A stretch of 59,070 bases of DNA, counting the filler, from Sphacelaria rigidula (taxonomy: Eukaryota): the NCBI GenBank assembly GCA_964200075.2. It is 10 parts of 10 records of this genome, joined end to end, with 100 filler letters (N's around TTAATTAATTAA, not from the genome) between each part and the next. Parts side by side here need not be neighbours in the genome. Positions count along the whole stretch, not along the records: positions 35,503 to 41,319 come from CAXNAA020024234.1; positions 41,420 to 47,236 come from CAXNAA020024235.1; positions 47,337 to 53,153 come from CAXNAA020024236.1; 7 more parts are not named here. One strand, given 5' to 3'. This document shows positions 36,987-49,594 of this stretch, one piece after another. A program made the translations under genes and the position numbers. Position 1 is the first letter of the stretch; each line of letters opens with the position of its first letter. A model generated the notes under the pieces. The model was not told the origin of the DNA, ran no database searches, and saw only the letters and a list, made by a program, of their open reading frames with translations.

Positions 36987-37290
36987 CCTGTGATTCATCT
37001 GTCATGAATGCGACACACATGCCCCCCACCTGTGATCTTGACACGATGGATACGGCACATCTCCACCACCCGTAATTCGCACGGCATGGACCGTACGCAC
37101 AGCTTTCTCATCTGTCATCCACGCGGCATGAATCGAAGGTACGCTTCTCTCGCTTGTGACTCGTACCGCATGGAAACACCACAGCATGTGTTTTCCACCT
37201 GTGATTCACGCTCCATTAATCATGCGCAATGGTTTCCGACCGGTTATTTCATGCGGGATGAAAGAAGCTCATGGAAGCATATGATCCCTA
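36987..37290. repeat. Degenerate tandem array, seven units of ~42 bp
   Basis: Units start at 36987, 37029, 37069, 37111, 37153, 37198 and 37240. Core is CCTGTGATTC-N6-CATG(A/G)A with a more variable remainder. The array ends in ATCCCTA. Confidence 0.7.
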
Positions 37291-38287
37291 GAGTGGCTGC
37301 ATGTGGGAGCAGCGAGGGCATGAGGTTGCCGGCAGGGAGGGATTGGCCGAGTTATTGGGTCAAGGACCTTGCCGGAACATCTTTTTTTTCTTTCTCGCAG
37401 ACCACCGGATAATTACTCTGTGTCACTGTGGGACAGGCACATGATCTCAATGTTTACTGAAGGAAAATCGCAAATGCCGCAAGGACGTAACTTGCTCAGA
37501 TAGAGGGGGCTAACCGAGTGTAGGTAATGTTCTGACCGCCACAGCAGAATGGTGGAAACATTATTTTTCCAGGTTCGACACTCGTCACCACTTTCATTGA
37601 CGTCTTCAACACGTAATGCGGTGATGACTAGTAAACGGAACAGGAGCATGCCTCGTTCAAAAATGAAATCTGCTGAACAAACTTGAGTGCAAAATGGTCG
37701 GGAAGTAAAGCTGGGTTTGAATCGAAACGAGAGGTCCTTGTTCTTGGCATGGCAGTGGCTACTAACCTTCCTTGTTGCTATCATCTTGAAGAATACTGTG
37801 GTGACGGAATCCTGCGTCTCATCGTGTAAGCATACAGTGCTGGTCACAGGATGATAGGATTCAATACATATGCGCTACCTCGCCCCCGTGTTGTTGTTTC
37901 GTGGGACTGCGAAGCAACAGCGGGAGAGATGATACGGAAGAGAAAATGATACGGGAGGAGGTGAAGTATTTTTCCAGCCACCTGTGAGGAGGGGTGATTT
38001 GCCTCGGGAAATGCTTCTAGTCACGAAACTTCACACTCTTCTCGAGGGCGCGTGTCGATGGTTGAAAAGCTAATGCGTGCAGTACATGGTCTCGCCCGTC
38101 TCTTCGGGGATGTCCTGTTCTTGACATGTTCAATCCCATCCATATCTTATCCCCTAAGAGACGGGCGTCATAAACGAAACCGATTATTCTCTACGATGCC
38201 CGTCACACACCATGCCGACTACGTGAGGGAAAAACATCCTAAAACAACCTTTCCCCGCAACTCCCTTCCGATCACCATGTTCTCCAG

Positions 38288-38530
38288 GCCATCAACTTTG
38301 ATATCGCGCTCATCGCCCCAGGAATCCTGGGCGCGTTGTCCTCTGCGTCGCTTGGCAAGGATGCCTACAAATTGGTGCCGTTTACACAGGCCGGATCGGA
38401 CGTGATATTTGTGACTCTGTTGGTTGCCGTAGCGTACTCGGTAGGTTCCTCGGCGGTTGGGAAGTTCCCCAACAAAATCCCCTTCTTCGGAAGGATTAAC
38501 CGCGAGAACCCGGACCAGGAAGGGGGCTAG
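38288..38530 (+). CDS. TIC20: Tic20/Ycf60-family protein, terminal exon
   Basis: TTCTCCAG| acceptor, phase 0. The join gives VRFNMKQ|AINFDIALIAPGILG...VIFVTLLVAVAYSVGSSAVGKFPNKIPFFGRI...TAG, the expected Tic20 C-terminal half. Confidence 0.9.
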   Translation, partial: AINFDIALIAPGILGALSSASLGKDAYKLVPFTQAGSDVIFVTLLVAVAYSVGSSAVGKFPNKIPFFGRINRENPDQEGG

Positions 38531-39713
38531 GATCGTGTGTTGGCCACGTGGGTGATTCAGCACTGGTATGCGTTCCATGGTACAAACGTTGTGTATTTGG
38601 AAGTTTGACGGCTCGAGAACGCGGTGCGCGGTGATGAGTGTCGCACCACGTGTAACTTGACGTTGTGGGCAATTTTCACGGACATCATACCTGGGGTGCG
38701 TGTGTCAGTTCTGTGTGCTTCCGTCGTACCTATGAGCGTTTTGCGTGGTATGTTTTATTTTTTTTCTGGGGATGTTTTTGTGTCCTATGCTGTATGTGTA
38801 GGCGTGAAGCCGAATGTAGGCATGGAAACAATGATGCATTATCTAGAGTGCTTTCTAGATATTTCTCGTGTGAGGTACCCCTGGTGTATCTCGACTGGTG
38901 CGGCGAGTTCGTGCCAAGCTTTGTTCACACAGTGCTTAATTTACTTCAACAAGTATCGTAACCTTTTTCTAGAGTGGGGGATGAGTGACGCGACGATTTC
39001 CCCGCCCTGACGTTGGATGCTCGCAGCGCGTGTGGACGGTAAGGGATTGACAAGATTTTCGCCAGTTTGAGGGGCCAGCGTTTGATTGAGAGCATCATAA
39101 TTCGCTCTAACTTGACCATTTTTTCATCTTGTGTGGGCTTCCTCCCCTGCAGTAATGTTGTGTGCTTACAGCGAAACGTCGATATCCTACTCGGGGATAT
39201 CAGAGGCTTCAGTGACAAGCTAGTACAGAAAGCGGATGAGGCCTGGAGGGGCATTTCGGAACCTGATGATTTTGAGCGATCCATAGACCATTTATAGAAA
39301 TCTGGAATTCTAGCTTCTGCTCTTTGACGAGGCCAATGCGAAAGAAGTATTAATCGGAATCCTACGACTGATAGCTTTTATGGGAGCCGCTCTTCGCCTC
39401 GCTCGGCGATTTCCCAACAAACATGAATTGATAAATAGAGGGGTATTTCCTATATTTCGGGTTTTCACTGTGAATCAAGCGCTAGATTGCCAATCTGGCA
39501 AAAACTCTGTTTATAGCCGTCCACCGATTTTACTCATTGTTACTGCTGCACGCAATGGTTCCAACTGTTTTGATTCACTCGCATGCCTCATACCTCGTGC
39601 GCCTTCATTTTTTTGTTGTGAATTTCGCCACTTTTGGCACATGGTGATCTTTGCTGATTTGATTCTACTCGCAATGAATGAATTCGTGTTGATTGACTGA
39701 TTCGATTTATATC

Positions 39714-40033
39714 TGTGTGTGTTGTCATCTCATGTACTCTGGACGCCAGTTTACACCTTTCCGTGTATGCGGACGGATCAGCCGTGGTCATACAGGAGGA
39801 CGGTCAAAACAGGAGTTTATTATTTTTCCTTTGTTTCAGCGCTTCACCTCCCCTCCACGGTGCTTTCCCTGCTCGACCGTGAAGCCGAACTTTATGTTGT
39901 CAAGACATGGTCGCTCTCCACTGCTCGGCATGACGTGAGAAGAAATCCCAGATCGTGTGACCTCCAGATTGGAACCCACCGGCCAACCGTCAAAGGTTTC
40001 GAGGATACCACCTGAGCCACCGGGGCGACCGAC
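39714..40033 (-). mobile_element. tRNA-headed SINE copy
   Basis: Head GTCGGTCGCCCCGGTGGCTCAGGTGG...GGGTTCCAATC on the minus strand, with a CA-rich tail. Confidence 0.85.
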
Positions 40034-40039
40034 AGTTAT

Positions 40040-40170
40040 ATTCACACATTAACTCATCCCCGAGAGATCCAGCCGGGGTCATTAGATACAATATTGGCTT
40101 ACCCAAATTAAACAAAACGGAAACACGCGCTAAAGAAAAGTGAGGGACCGCAGGAAGGTGGAGGTGAATG
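40040..40170 (-). mobile_element. Short RTE-related LINE 3' terminus
   Basis: The minus strand reads TGACCCCGGCTGGATCTCTCGGGGATGAGTTAATGTGTGA, similar to the LINE terminal motif. Confidence 0.45.
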
Positions 40171-41419
40171 TGCAGGCGGCAGATTCTGTTGGCTGCATTC
40201 AATCTCACGTGCTGCTTGGTCAGTCCCCCGGCGTTTTCGCGTCGGTGGGTTGGTCTTTATTCGCAACCTTCCCCCCACCGTTTTTCTCTTGAAACACCTC
40301 AGTGTGTCTTGCTGATACGAGCTGGACCAGCTTAGAAGCGGCTAAGAGTTGCTCACATCACGGCTTTCCCAGCAACTCGGATGAACCCGATGTAAGCATA
40401 TCACTGTGAAGTGCAGACCAACCTGGTGACACACGGCACCGCCGCTGAGTGGAGGGAAAAAATGAAAAAAAATGTACTGCATCAAGTGTGACCTTGGTGA
40501 TGGCCGAAAAAAAAAAGAGAATCTGTCTGGATTCGAACTCATGACCTCCATAATTGAAGTCTCCCATCGCTTGAATTATGGGGGTGCAGCAGCGTCACGC
40601 AAAATTTTGCACGCACGGCCCAATTCGATGACTCTTGAGCTGGAGTTTCAGGAAGACCTCCGGTACCCAAGGAAATGATGGATCACGCGATCAGCTACAG
40701 ATTCCCATTTTTTTCCTGGACTTATGATATTTTCTTGTTTTTGCTGAAATTTCAAATCCTCATAACTTCCTTCTTTTTTCCTTCTTTTTTCCTTTGCTGC
40801 GCACGTGATCTTCTGCATTTCGATCATAATTAACTGCTGTCAAAATTTCAGGGTACAACTCCTGATATCGCGCCGTGCGTCGCCTGAGCGAGAAAATCAC
40901 CCATCGCCGGCTGGCCCAGCTCGTACGCGTAATCTTTATGCCATTGGTGCTAACCCCAACCCTGACCATAAAGGGGTGTTTGAAGTCCGATGCGATCCAA
41001 AAAGCACGCGGTCCTCCCACGCATCACACTCTCACGCTTGTTGTGCCTCTGTCATCCCCTCCCAGTATGTCTCTTTGATCAAGAGTGATGCGTGATGCCC
41101 CGCCCCCCAGAAATGTGGCTGGTTTGAGAGGAAAAATCTTGATGTGAATCAAAACGAAAAGAACCGAGTGTACACCGAGAACCTGGGATGTCCCACGCTT
41201 GAGATCGTTTTCGCCAATGTCGCCCATATTAGGCGCTTCATGCAGGCTGAAACCAACCATCATGCGCTGTATGATAATTTTCTTTGTGACAGTCTTGGGG
41301 CTGATTTGGAGGGGGAGGGNNNNNNNNNNNNNNNNNNNNNNNNNNNNNNNNNNNNNNNNNNNNTTAATTAATTAANNNNNNNNNNNNNNNNNNNNNNNNN
41401 NNNNNNNNNNNNNNNNNNN

Positions 41420-44400
41420 CTCCAAGACTGCAAGGGATCCAGTGCCAGTCATGGGGTCAAAAGCCAAAGGCGAGAATAAACAGCTCCAGTAGTCGAAGAT
41501 GAAGGTGCTCCAAGCAAGTTCCAATTGTTGTCCATGGTTGTGCGCCAAAGGAGCTCCGGTTGTAGGCTGTTGAAGAAGTCGGTGGGTGGCAGTGGTGTGT
41601 CCTGGATGATGGAAGGAAGGGGAGACATCTAAACGACAGGGGAAGAAAAGAAAAGAAAAAGGATAAATGTCGTGGATCGGGAAGCAGAAGGCCTGTGGGA
41701 GATTCAAGCGGTGCGTTAACATCATGTGTGCGATCGATATTATGTTCGATTCCGCGGCGGAGGCCTTTGGATTTGAGTCGCTGAAGACACCAAGACCCTG
41801 GTGGTGCGGATAGACTGGTGGTATAGAGCTCTGGGCGGGGCTTGAGCTGCACGGGTCCGGGGTCATCGATGAAGCGCACGATGTATGTGTCAGGCGCGAT
41901 GAGATCTGTAGAGTGGGTCTGGCCTAGCCACCAGAGGTTGTCGATTTTGTACGAGAGGTAGGCGCCTTTGGGGAGGATTTCCTGTTTTGCGCGGATCTTT
42001 TCTTTCCAATCCTGGGTGGCTACCAATTCATAGCCATCGGCGACAAAGTGCAAACCTTTGTCACGGTGAGGTTCGCGAGCTGCTGCGCCGCGGCGCATGT
42101 TGCAATATTTCTTGTTGCTCGCAAGATGTTGTTGCTGAGGTTGTGCCCAGTACAGGAGAATGGCTCGGCGGTGCAGGATTTACGTTCCCAAGACGCTCTC
42201 CGAAGGCCTTGCCAGTGAGTTTTGTACATGACAGCAATCTTACCGCCTCGACCGCGGGTGATCTGGTGACCCGAAATGTGGGACACGGCGAGACGAAGGG
42301 GTTGTTCCGTCACATCGTCGGTAGTAACGTGATCAGGCGGTGATTTGGTCGAATAACTGTCAAGTACGCACTGCGTGAGACCGGCAGGTAAATATTTGGG
42401 CATGTCTCTAGTGTCATGCGGATTGATGCAACGTTTACAACGGTGCACAGATACGCGAGATTTGGCGTCATGTCCTTGAAGATCGCGAGGAAGATCGAGA
42501 TATAGAAGTTTGTCACCGACAGGTCTGCCATCAGGTGAAGATAGCGAGGGCCCTACGGTCGAAATCTTGAATGGTCCTGTCCAGTTGAGGGATAGCTTAG
42601 TCTTCAAGACTGTCTCGTTGGCAGCTCTGTCAGCGCCTTGACGAATGGTTGACAAACTGTTGTGAACCCAGACCCAATCGCCAACCTTCCAAGTAGGTCG
42701 TTTGTGCATCAGATTATAGAGAGCATTATTAGATCTCTCAAGGCACGAGGCATTGATGGCGTGTTGCTCACGCACGAGAGTGAAAAAGCTTTGCGCTGGC
42801 GTGCACGCGCCAGGTCATGGTCGGATATCTGATCCTGATCCAAGCCTTGGTGGCCATCAACGGTGTGTCCCTCAAACACTGTGATGAGCAGGCGAGGGTA
42901 GCGGCCGAGATGCAACTCGTTGGGAGAAAGGCCGGTAGCAGCGTTGACCGAGTTGGTACAAGACAGCATGACATGTGAAAGATGGAGATCCCAACCGTTT
43001 TGTCGATCGTTGACTACCATAGACAGCATCTGGGCCATGGTGTGGTCAACTCTTTCAGTACCACCGTTACCATTAGGGTGATAAGAGCTCGTGGCTATAT
43101 TTCGACTACCCAGGAGCGTGTACAGTTCGTCCGAGAGATCCGAGCAAAATTGCTGATCATTGTCTTAGAAAAATCGTTTCGGGCAATCATAGTGCTTGAT
43201 GTAGTCATGAAGTAAGATATTAGCTGTGCCCGCTGCTGTGAAGTCTCCAGCGGTGACTGCGTACATGACTGCGTAACGGCTGAAACAGTCGGTGAAGAGT
43301 AAGATGTAGGTGTTGCCACGGTCAGTGGGCGGTGAAGGACAGAAACAGTCGGAAGACACGAGGTGAACAGGAGCGTTGGGAGGTGCCATCGAAATAACTG
43401 GCCAACGTATAGTCTGTCGTGAGGTTTTGCGAGCTTGACACTTGAAGCAGCGCCGAATCCAGAAGCGGGTGGACACATCCATACCTATCCATCAGTAGAA
43501 ACGTTCGAGTAACGCTAATGTGCACGTGACACCAAGGCGACAAGACAGGTCAGTGTGGCAGCCTTTCATTACCAACGCATATACCCGAGTGGGTATATCG
43601 TTAAGTAGGCGTGCATGGCGTCGAGTGGGCACGGATGAAGTTGCACCCTGCTGGGGCGTAGGACGGCGGACAAGCCATTCGATTCCGTCATTAGTTGTGA
43701 AGATAGTACCTTTACGTGCGAGTTCGTACACCTCAGCGGCGTTTGGTGGTGGCAGTGTGCCAATCGGAGCCAATAAATTGGCCGGGATAGGAGCAGGGCA
43801 GCCAGCACGGAGGTACCACATGGTTGCGCGGCATAATGGTTCTGCTCGTTGTTCACGAGCCCAATCACGATGGGAGTAACTGGCGAGAAATTCGCGCAGT
43901 TGGCCTTCCGCCGGAGAGCCGACCAGACATGGTGGCTCAGGGAGCGGTGGAACAGGTGACGGAGGGGAGGTGCCAACGTCGATGTGAACATCGGAAGCAT
44001 CAGAAGGGGTGGGCACTGACGGGACCGCGGCGGGCGGCGATGTCGCAGTAGTGCGCGCCGAACATCGTGCTCGGCGGTTGTTGTGAGAACTGCGCGTGGC
44101 GGGGGTTGTCAAGGCTCGTGGTGTGGTGTTGCGGGTAGCCGGCGCTACGCTGCTTGCAGGAGCAGTAGGTGTTGTCGGTGGCGGTGGGGCGCGGGGAGGG
44201 TTAGCGCGGGCGGCCGACCGAGCGCGCGTGTGGTCGGAAATGAGATGGAAAACTGGAGGTGGCGAAACTGCAATATTTGCGCGAGGACCGACGTACGGAA
44301 ATCGGCGAAATCGGCGTCAGTTGGTTGCAGCCCATTCAAGACTGCATCATACGGTAGGGGGCGGGGGCCGCCCATGTGCATACCTGTCTCTGGGCAATGA

Positions 44401-47150
44401 AGGTCAAGGGCGTAAATGTACGTTGAGAAACGCCGGATTGGATACACGCCGGGTTTATCGGGTTCAGTTAGTCGACAAGCGGGGCTGAAATCCACAGCCG
44501 TTGGAGGAAAGGGCAAGCAGGAGAGAAGATCAGCATTCCCGTTGGTTTTACCAGGGCGGTGTTTGACAGTGTACTGATAAGCTGTCAGGAACTCCAACCA
44601 GCGTTGCACACGCGGGTTATGTTCGCCAACTTTGGCGAGTTGTTCAAGTGCTCTGTGATCCGTGCAGAGTTGGAGAGGCACATGAAACAAATATTGTCGA
44701 AGACGCTTTATGGCCCAAGTGATGACTCCGTCTTCCAGCTCCAGTGGACTCCAGTTGACCTCGTTTGGAAGGGTGGCGCAACTGATATAGAAGATGGGTC
44801 GAATAGAGTCATCGAGTTGAGGCTGGTTCAGGACCGCGCCGAGCCCGTCGGTGCTCGCATCTGTATGTAGTTGAAAGAGGTGAGAGCCGTCTTGTACGGC
44901 GTCCCAGTCCGGGAAACAAAGGACCGTTTTTTCGGTTAGCGTTTTCAGCAACTCGCGCACGATAGCTTCCATATCTTTGGTGAAGACAAACGCGGCGCCT
45001 TTTTTAAGCAAGTGCGTAATGGGGCGAATCCGTTTGGACAGGTTAGGCAAAATTTTGCGATAGTCCACCCAACAATGAGCGGAGCTGAGTAATGTCCGTG
45101 GGCATCGGCAATTCAGTCATTGCTCTGACTTTGTTGGTTTCGGGGTGTAGACCCGCCGGTGAAATTGAGTGTCCCAGAAAATCCAGTTCAGTCGCGCCAA
45201 GGCGAGTTTTGGATGGAGACAGTTTCAAATCGTTCTCCCGCAGGCGAGAGAGAAACTCTCGTAAGGTGCGCACATGCGCAAGAGGGGAGGCATCGAATGC
45301 GATAGCGTCGTCCAAGTTCATGATGACGTGTTCGAGATTCCCTGTAACGCGTTGCATTAGGCGTTGAAAACAATCTGGTGCAGTGGCGGTACCTTGTGGC
45401 ATACGGAGCCATTCGTAGAGCCCAGAAGACGTACAAAACGCTGTCAGTGGAACTGTTTCAGGGTGGATGGCATTCTGGAAAAATCTAGAAGCGAGGTCAA
45501 AGGTACCGAGTATTTTTCCTTCGCCTAGAGAGTCGAAGACTTCATCTATGCGAGAAATGTGAAGTTTTCTCACTACAGTGACGCGATTTAGCCGTTGATA
45601 ATTCACGGTGATGCGTATGTTTCCATCCGTTTGGGGGACCACCACTAGCGGTGAGACCCGCGGAGAAGAGAAGTGTTGGATGAATCCGGCACATAAGTAC
45701 GTATCTAAAATGGCGTTAACGTTTTTGGTAAGGATGGGGTTCGCCCGATACGGCCAAGAAGAGATTGGCGAAACGCCAGATTGAAGGGTGATTTCAAAGG
45801 GCAGCGTTTTGCCATGCCCCAGATCCGTTTTGGGTCGAAAAGCTCTGTCTTGGTACTCCAGTAAAACATCGCTCAATTCTTTGATTACAGCGGGTTCCCA
45901 ACCCGGTCCATGTAGATCAAAGTTGATGTCACGTAAATGGGATGGAAGTTGATCCCACATGTGCAAGAAACTTGTCCGAGATTCGGGCGATAGGCGTTGA
46001 GCACTTCAGCAGGAGGGTCGGACGTTGACGGTGCAGGGTCCACGGTGTGGATACGTGATGGAGACGAAGAAAGGTTACGTCGAAGTAAGGCTCATCGACG
46101 CAACTGACAGAACCGTCTGTGGGAGGTGCCGAGTCGGGCATAGAGGGTTTAGTGGCACATGTCTCAAGTGGAATGTGCGTGAGGGGAGCAGCAGCAATAC
46201 CCAAAACATCTCCGGGTTCTACGTTAGCGTGACCCGTGAGTGGCGAAAGTTGCTTCCCTGCGGAGACAAAGTGTTCTGTGCCGGCAGGCGTACGAACCCG
46301 AGGAAGCATTTCAGCGAGGTAATGTGCCGTAAGGGCAGGCATGCCATTTCGGCGAACTACGGCAACTTCAAGCAGTTGAGGATCATCGGAGATGGTACCA
46401 CCAGCAGTACCATCGTATCGGAGGTGGTGAGCAGCTCCGGTAGCTTGTTCAGTTTTTTATGGGCCAAGGCGCCGTGAAGAGTACCGAAATGTTCAAGATT
46501 GAGTTCTTTACGAGGCGCAGATTGTGGCGATAATGGTAGTAGTGTGCGGTTGGTGCGTTGATCGTAACGCATGTAACTATCTCGGCCCATGACTAAGGCG
46601 TGAGCCATGGTGCTGTCGGGGACAGCATATGCCCAGACTGTAAGGCTGGCAGAAGGAGTTGTGTTGTGAAATAATTGCACAGAGACGAACTGATATTCGT
46701 GTGGTCAGAGGTGCGATGGAGTCACCAAACCGCTCCATACTCGAGGTTTGGTGGTGATTTCGCAAGCTGCCGAAGCAGCGCCAATCTATTTCATATGTTC
46801 CCACATTGATTCACGAATGAATGTTTGTGGGCTGCCGCTGTCTAACAAAGAGACGCATTTGACAGTCGTGGTTGCGTATGGTCCACAATGAAGCGCTACG
46901 CGAGTAGTAAAAGTGGCAGGGTCAACAGGTACTTTTCCGCCAACAAGATCCGGACCGTGTTCAGCCAAGGTGAATTGATCGGAATCAGTAGTGCTGACGG
47001 CGAACACGGAGGGCGGGTGATCCGCCGGGAGGTCAACGCTCTCACCAGAAAGTTTGGTGGATGATGTGTAGTCCCCAGAGTGAGCACAGCTCGGCTGGTC
47101 ATTGGCAATTTCATATATGACCGTGTTGGGAAGGCAGGGGTCAACATCTA
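41420..47150 (-). mobile_element. Decayed Ty3/gypsy LTR retrotransposon pol (PR-RT-RH-INT-chromodomain); LTRs and gag not visible
   Basis: Protease LLDSGS (~46831-46848). RT SPLVVV, VNYQRLN, FDLAS.FFQ, TAFCT..GLYEWLRMPQG, NLDD and FLGH (45043-45966). RNase H LHTDAS.DGLGAVL, ELE and TDH, NADLLS. Integrase H..C-x2-C, TDCFSRYA, NGGTERV. WTGPFKI GPY/F motif and chromodomain YKTHWQGLRRASWE. Domain order is gypsy. Multiple stops and frameshifts. Confidence 0.95.
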
Positions 47151-47722
47151 AAAACAGCCGATTTTAAATTTCGGGGTTCATACAAAATATGGGGTTGAAG
47201 TGCCGTATCTCTCATGCACGGAAGACCCGAAACACTNNNNNNNNNNNNNNNNNNNNNNNNNNNNNNNNNNNNNNNNNNNNTTAATTAATTAANNNNNNNN
47301 NNNNNNNNNNNNNNNNNNNNNNNNNNNNNNNNNNNNCCCCTATGGAGTTGGCGTCGGTTGGCGATGACGCTATAAAACACGCCACTCACTGCGTAAGCTA
47401 GACAACCAGGTCACCGATTTTTTTGCGCGCTTGCGTTTTATTTGCGGTAACCATGATGGTGGTCGAGCTAGATTATGTTGTGTGGCGTGGGAGAACCTCA
47501 ACTCCGCACAATGGAGATGGTCGTACTACGTAGTGGGTCCACGGTGAGACACCCATGAGGCAGTGAATAAGCCATGGCTGCCTCAGGAAGTGTCAATGCC
47601 AGAAAACAAAGGAACTCATTGTAGGCTGTCATCCAAGTGCAAGATAATCTGTGGGCTTCGGGCCGAACAATCTTAGTAGGATGCAGCTCACCCTTCATGC
47701 GACTCGCCGAACNNNNNNNNNN

Positions 47723-47795
47723 AGGGATGCGAGGTCAATGGTCTTATGATTATGGCATGCATGATCATGAGTACGCCCCCCCCTCCCCCCCCCCT
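47723..47795 (+). mobile_element. 3'-end copy of LINE family B (C-rich tail)
   Basis: AGGGATGCGAGGTCAATGGTC...ATGAGTACGCCCCCCCTCCCC matches the terminus at 15399-15457 (-). Confidence 0.6.
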
Positions 47796-47796
47796 C

Positions 47797-47990
47797 CAAG
47801 GAATCCGACTGTGGTCACAAGACTGAAACACTCGCTGCCGAAAAAACAAAAGTAGAACAAAAGAACATAGTAGACTAAGACATAGGAAAAAACAAAAGAA
47901 AGAGGAAAGAAAAGAAAAGAAAAGAAAAGAAAAGAAACAAATGGCCAGTCTCTGCCACATGGCTTCGGCGTACAAGGTCCTGCGTAGGAA
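47797..47990 (-). mobile_element. Truncated RTE-related LINE 3' UTR with an (AAAAG)n tract
   Basis: The minus strand is T-rich, contains GAAGCCATG like the 32412-32720 copy, and ends TTGTGACCACAGTCGGATT. Confidence 0.45.
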
Positions 47991-48714
47991 ACAAAAGGTA
48001 AGAAAATAACTTCAAAGAGAGTATTCTGGTGAAAAAAATCTGGTATGGTGAAAGCGTCCAAGAGAATTATTCTAGCTCACCGCCCATAAACAAATCTTCA
48101 AATTCTGGATGTTACCTCAAGGATATTGGGGTTCGTGTGACTGAATGAACGACCACCATGAAGGATGCGGAGGTTCTTAGGATGGACAACGATCCTCCAG
48201 GATACACCAAGGAATTCAAGTTCGACGCACGTGCTCACTGTGCAGCACAGCGGCTGAGCGCACAGTCGTCTTTTGGATCGTAAAGCTTGACGTCCCAGCC
48301 TCCAATGAAATCCGAAATCGCACCATCAGAATGGTGCTACAGGGTGGTGTCTACAGCCCAGTACTCTAACGTACCCCATGTAAGGAATAGCAGGGACGGT
48401 ATTGGAAAAGGCGAGCCTACGTCTTTGTCCACGCGTTCGCGAGATCGGACTAATGTGCGGGACTAATATAACGATAACCCAATGTTCCCGCGGAGTGCAT
48501 TCATATATACAGCGGAACAAGAGCGTCTGTACAGATAATTCAATCTGTATAATCCAAGTAAGTGCAGTCTGTGTGCAGCAGAGCAGCACGGCCTGCAAAA
48601 CGGGACAGTAAAGTGGTGCGGAGGTGTACTACACAATTGGACCATTCTTCTAGAAACAGCCAATATTGTCAACCCGACAATCTTGCAAAGGTGCTCCGAA
48701 AAGAGTAAGATCCA

Positions 48715-49108
48715 TCGGGTACTCCAGATTATCACGGCTTTCTAACCGTATTTTCGAAACTCAGTACTCAAAGGTACCTGGAGGATTGACTCCCGAAAAT
48801 GCTCCGTATCCCAGCGTACCTGGATTATCGACCGCCGACAACAACGGGTACCCCAAGAGTACCCATAATATCGAGTGCGGAAAACACTGTGTTCCCACGG
48901 TACTCGGAATATCGTCTGCCGAAGAACGCGGGTATTCCAAGAGGACCTGGGAGGATCGATTACAGAGATACTGGGTATTCCAGAGTACCTAGAGTATAAA
49001 TTATCGAAAATAGTGAACATTTCTAGATTATCCGAATTATCGATTGGGAAACACAGTGTTCTGGAGTACCTGGAGCACCGACACCTCGATTTACTCGTAC
49101 TCGTACTT
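48715..49108. repeat. Degenerate tandem array with ~41-42-bp period (GGGTAYYCCAGAGTACCTGGA.TATCGA)
   Basis: Units are recognisable at about 48762, 48805, 48847, 48888, 48930 and 48973. Ends in TACTCGTACTCGTAC. Confidence 0.65.
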
Positions 49109-49594
49109 GTATTATACCAGAGGGATCTTTGGAAAGATCTCCAGACGTCAAGGTGGCCGAAGCAGTTCTATCGAACGATGCTTGACGATAAAGCATCCTC
49201 GAACACTTGCTCACGACAAGAACAAAAACAAAAACAAAAAACAGACAGAGCCACCCGATTAATCGCAGCAAAAACTCTGCGTCGACTGCTGTGCTGTGGG
49301 ATATGGGCTACTTACGGGGTACGCATCCCACTGCGATACGATCATGTCTGGCGGCGTCGCCATGGGCATGGAATGAAGGGTGGCACTCTGGTGGCCATGG
49401 CAGCCCCACAGGTTAAAGGGGTCATCCCTCACGGGTCTGTGGGGGAGCAAGTTTTTCAAAACTGTGACTGCTTGTACTGCTGTCTCTGGCAGATGATTGT
49501 GTTTTGGGCATCAATGCTGGGAACCAGTCAAGCATTATCACCTAGTCGTGGCGCCTCTGCATGTACAAGCGCCCATGCTTTTTCTGTGTGTCAA

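Noticed and set aside
36987..37290. CRISPR array
   Set aside because: The repeats are too degenerate, no cas genes are present, and it lies in a spliceosomal intron. Kept only as a degenerate array.
39172..39297. Possible extra plus-strand exon after Tic20 (RNVDILLGDIRGFSDK...)
   Set aside because: It has an AG and an open frame, but no partner exon or recognisable motif, and Tic20 already terminates at 38530.
40417..40590. Further tRNA-derived element (GAGTTCGAATCC on the minus strand)
   Set aside because: Only a B-box-like word, with no A box or second copy in the window.
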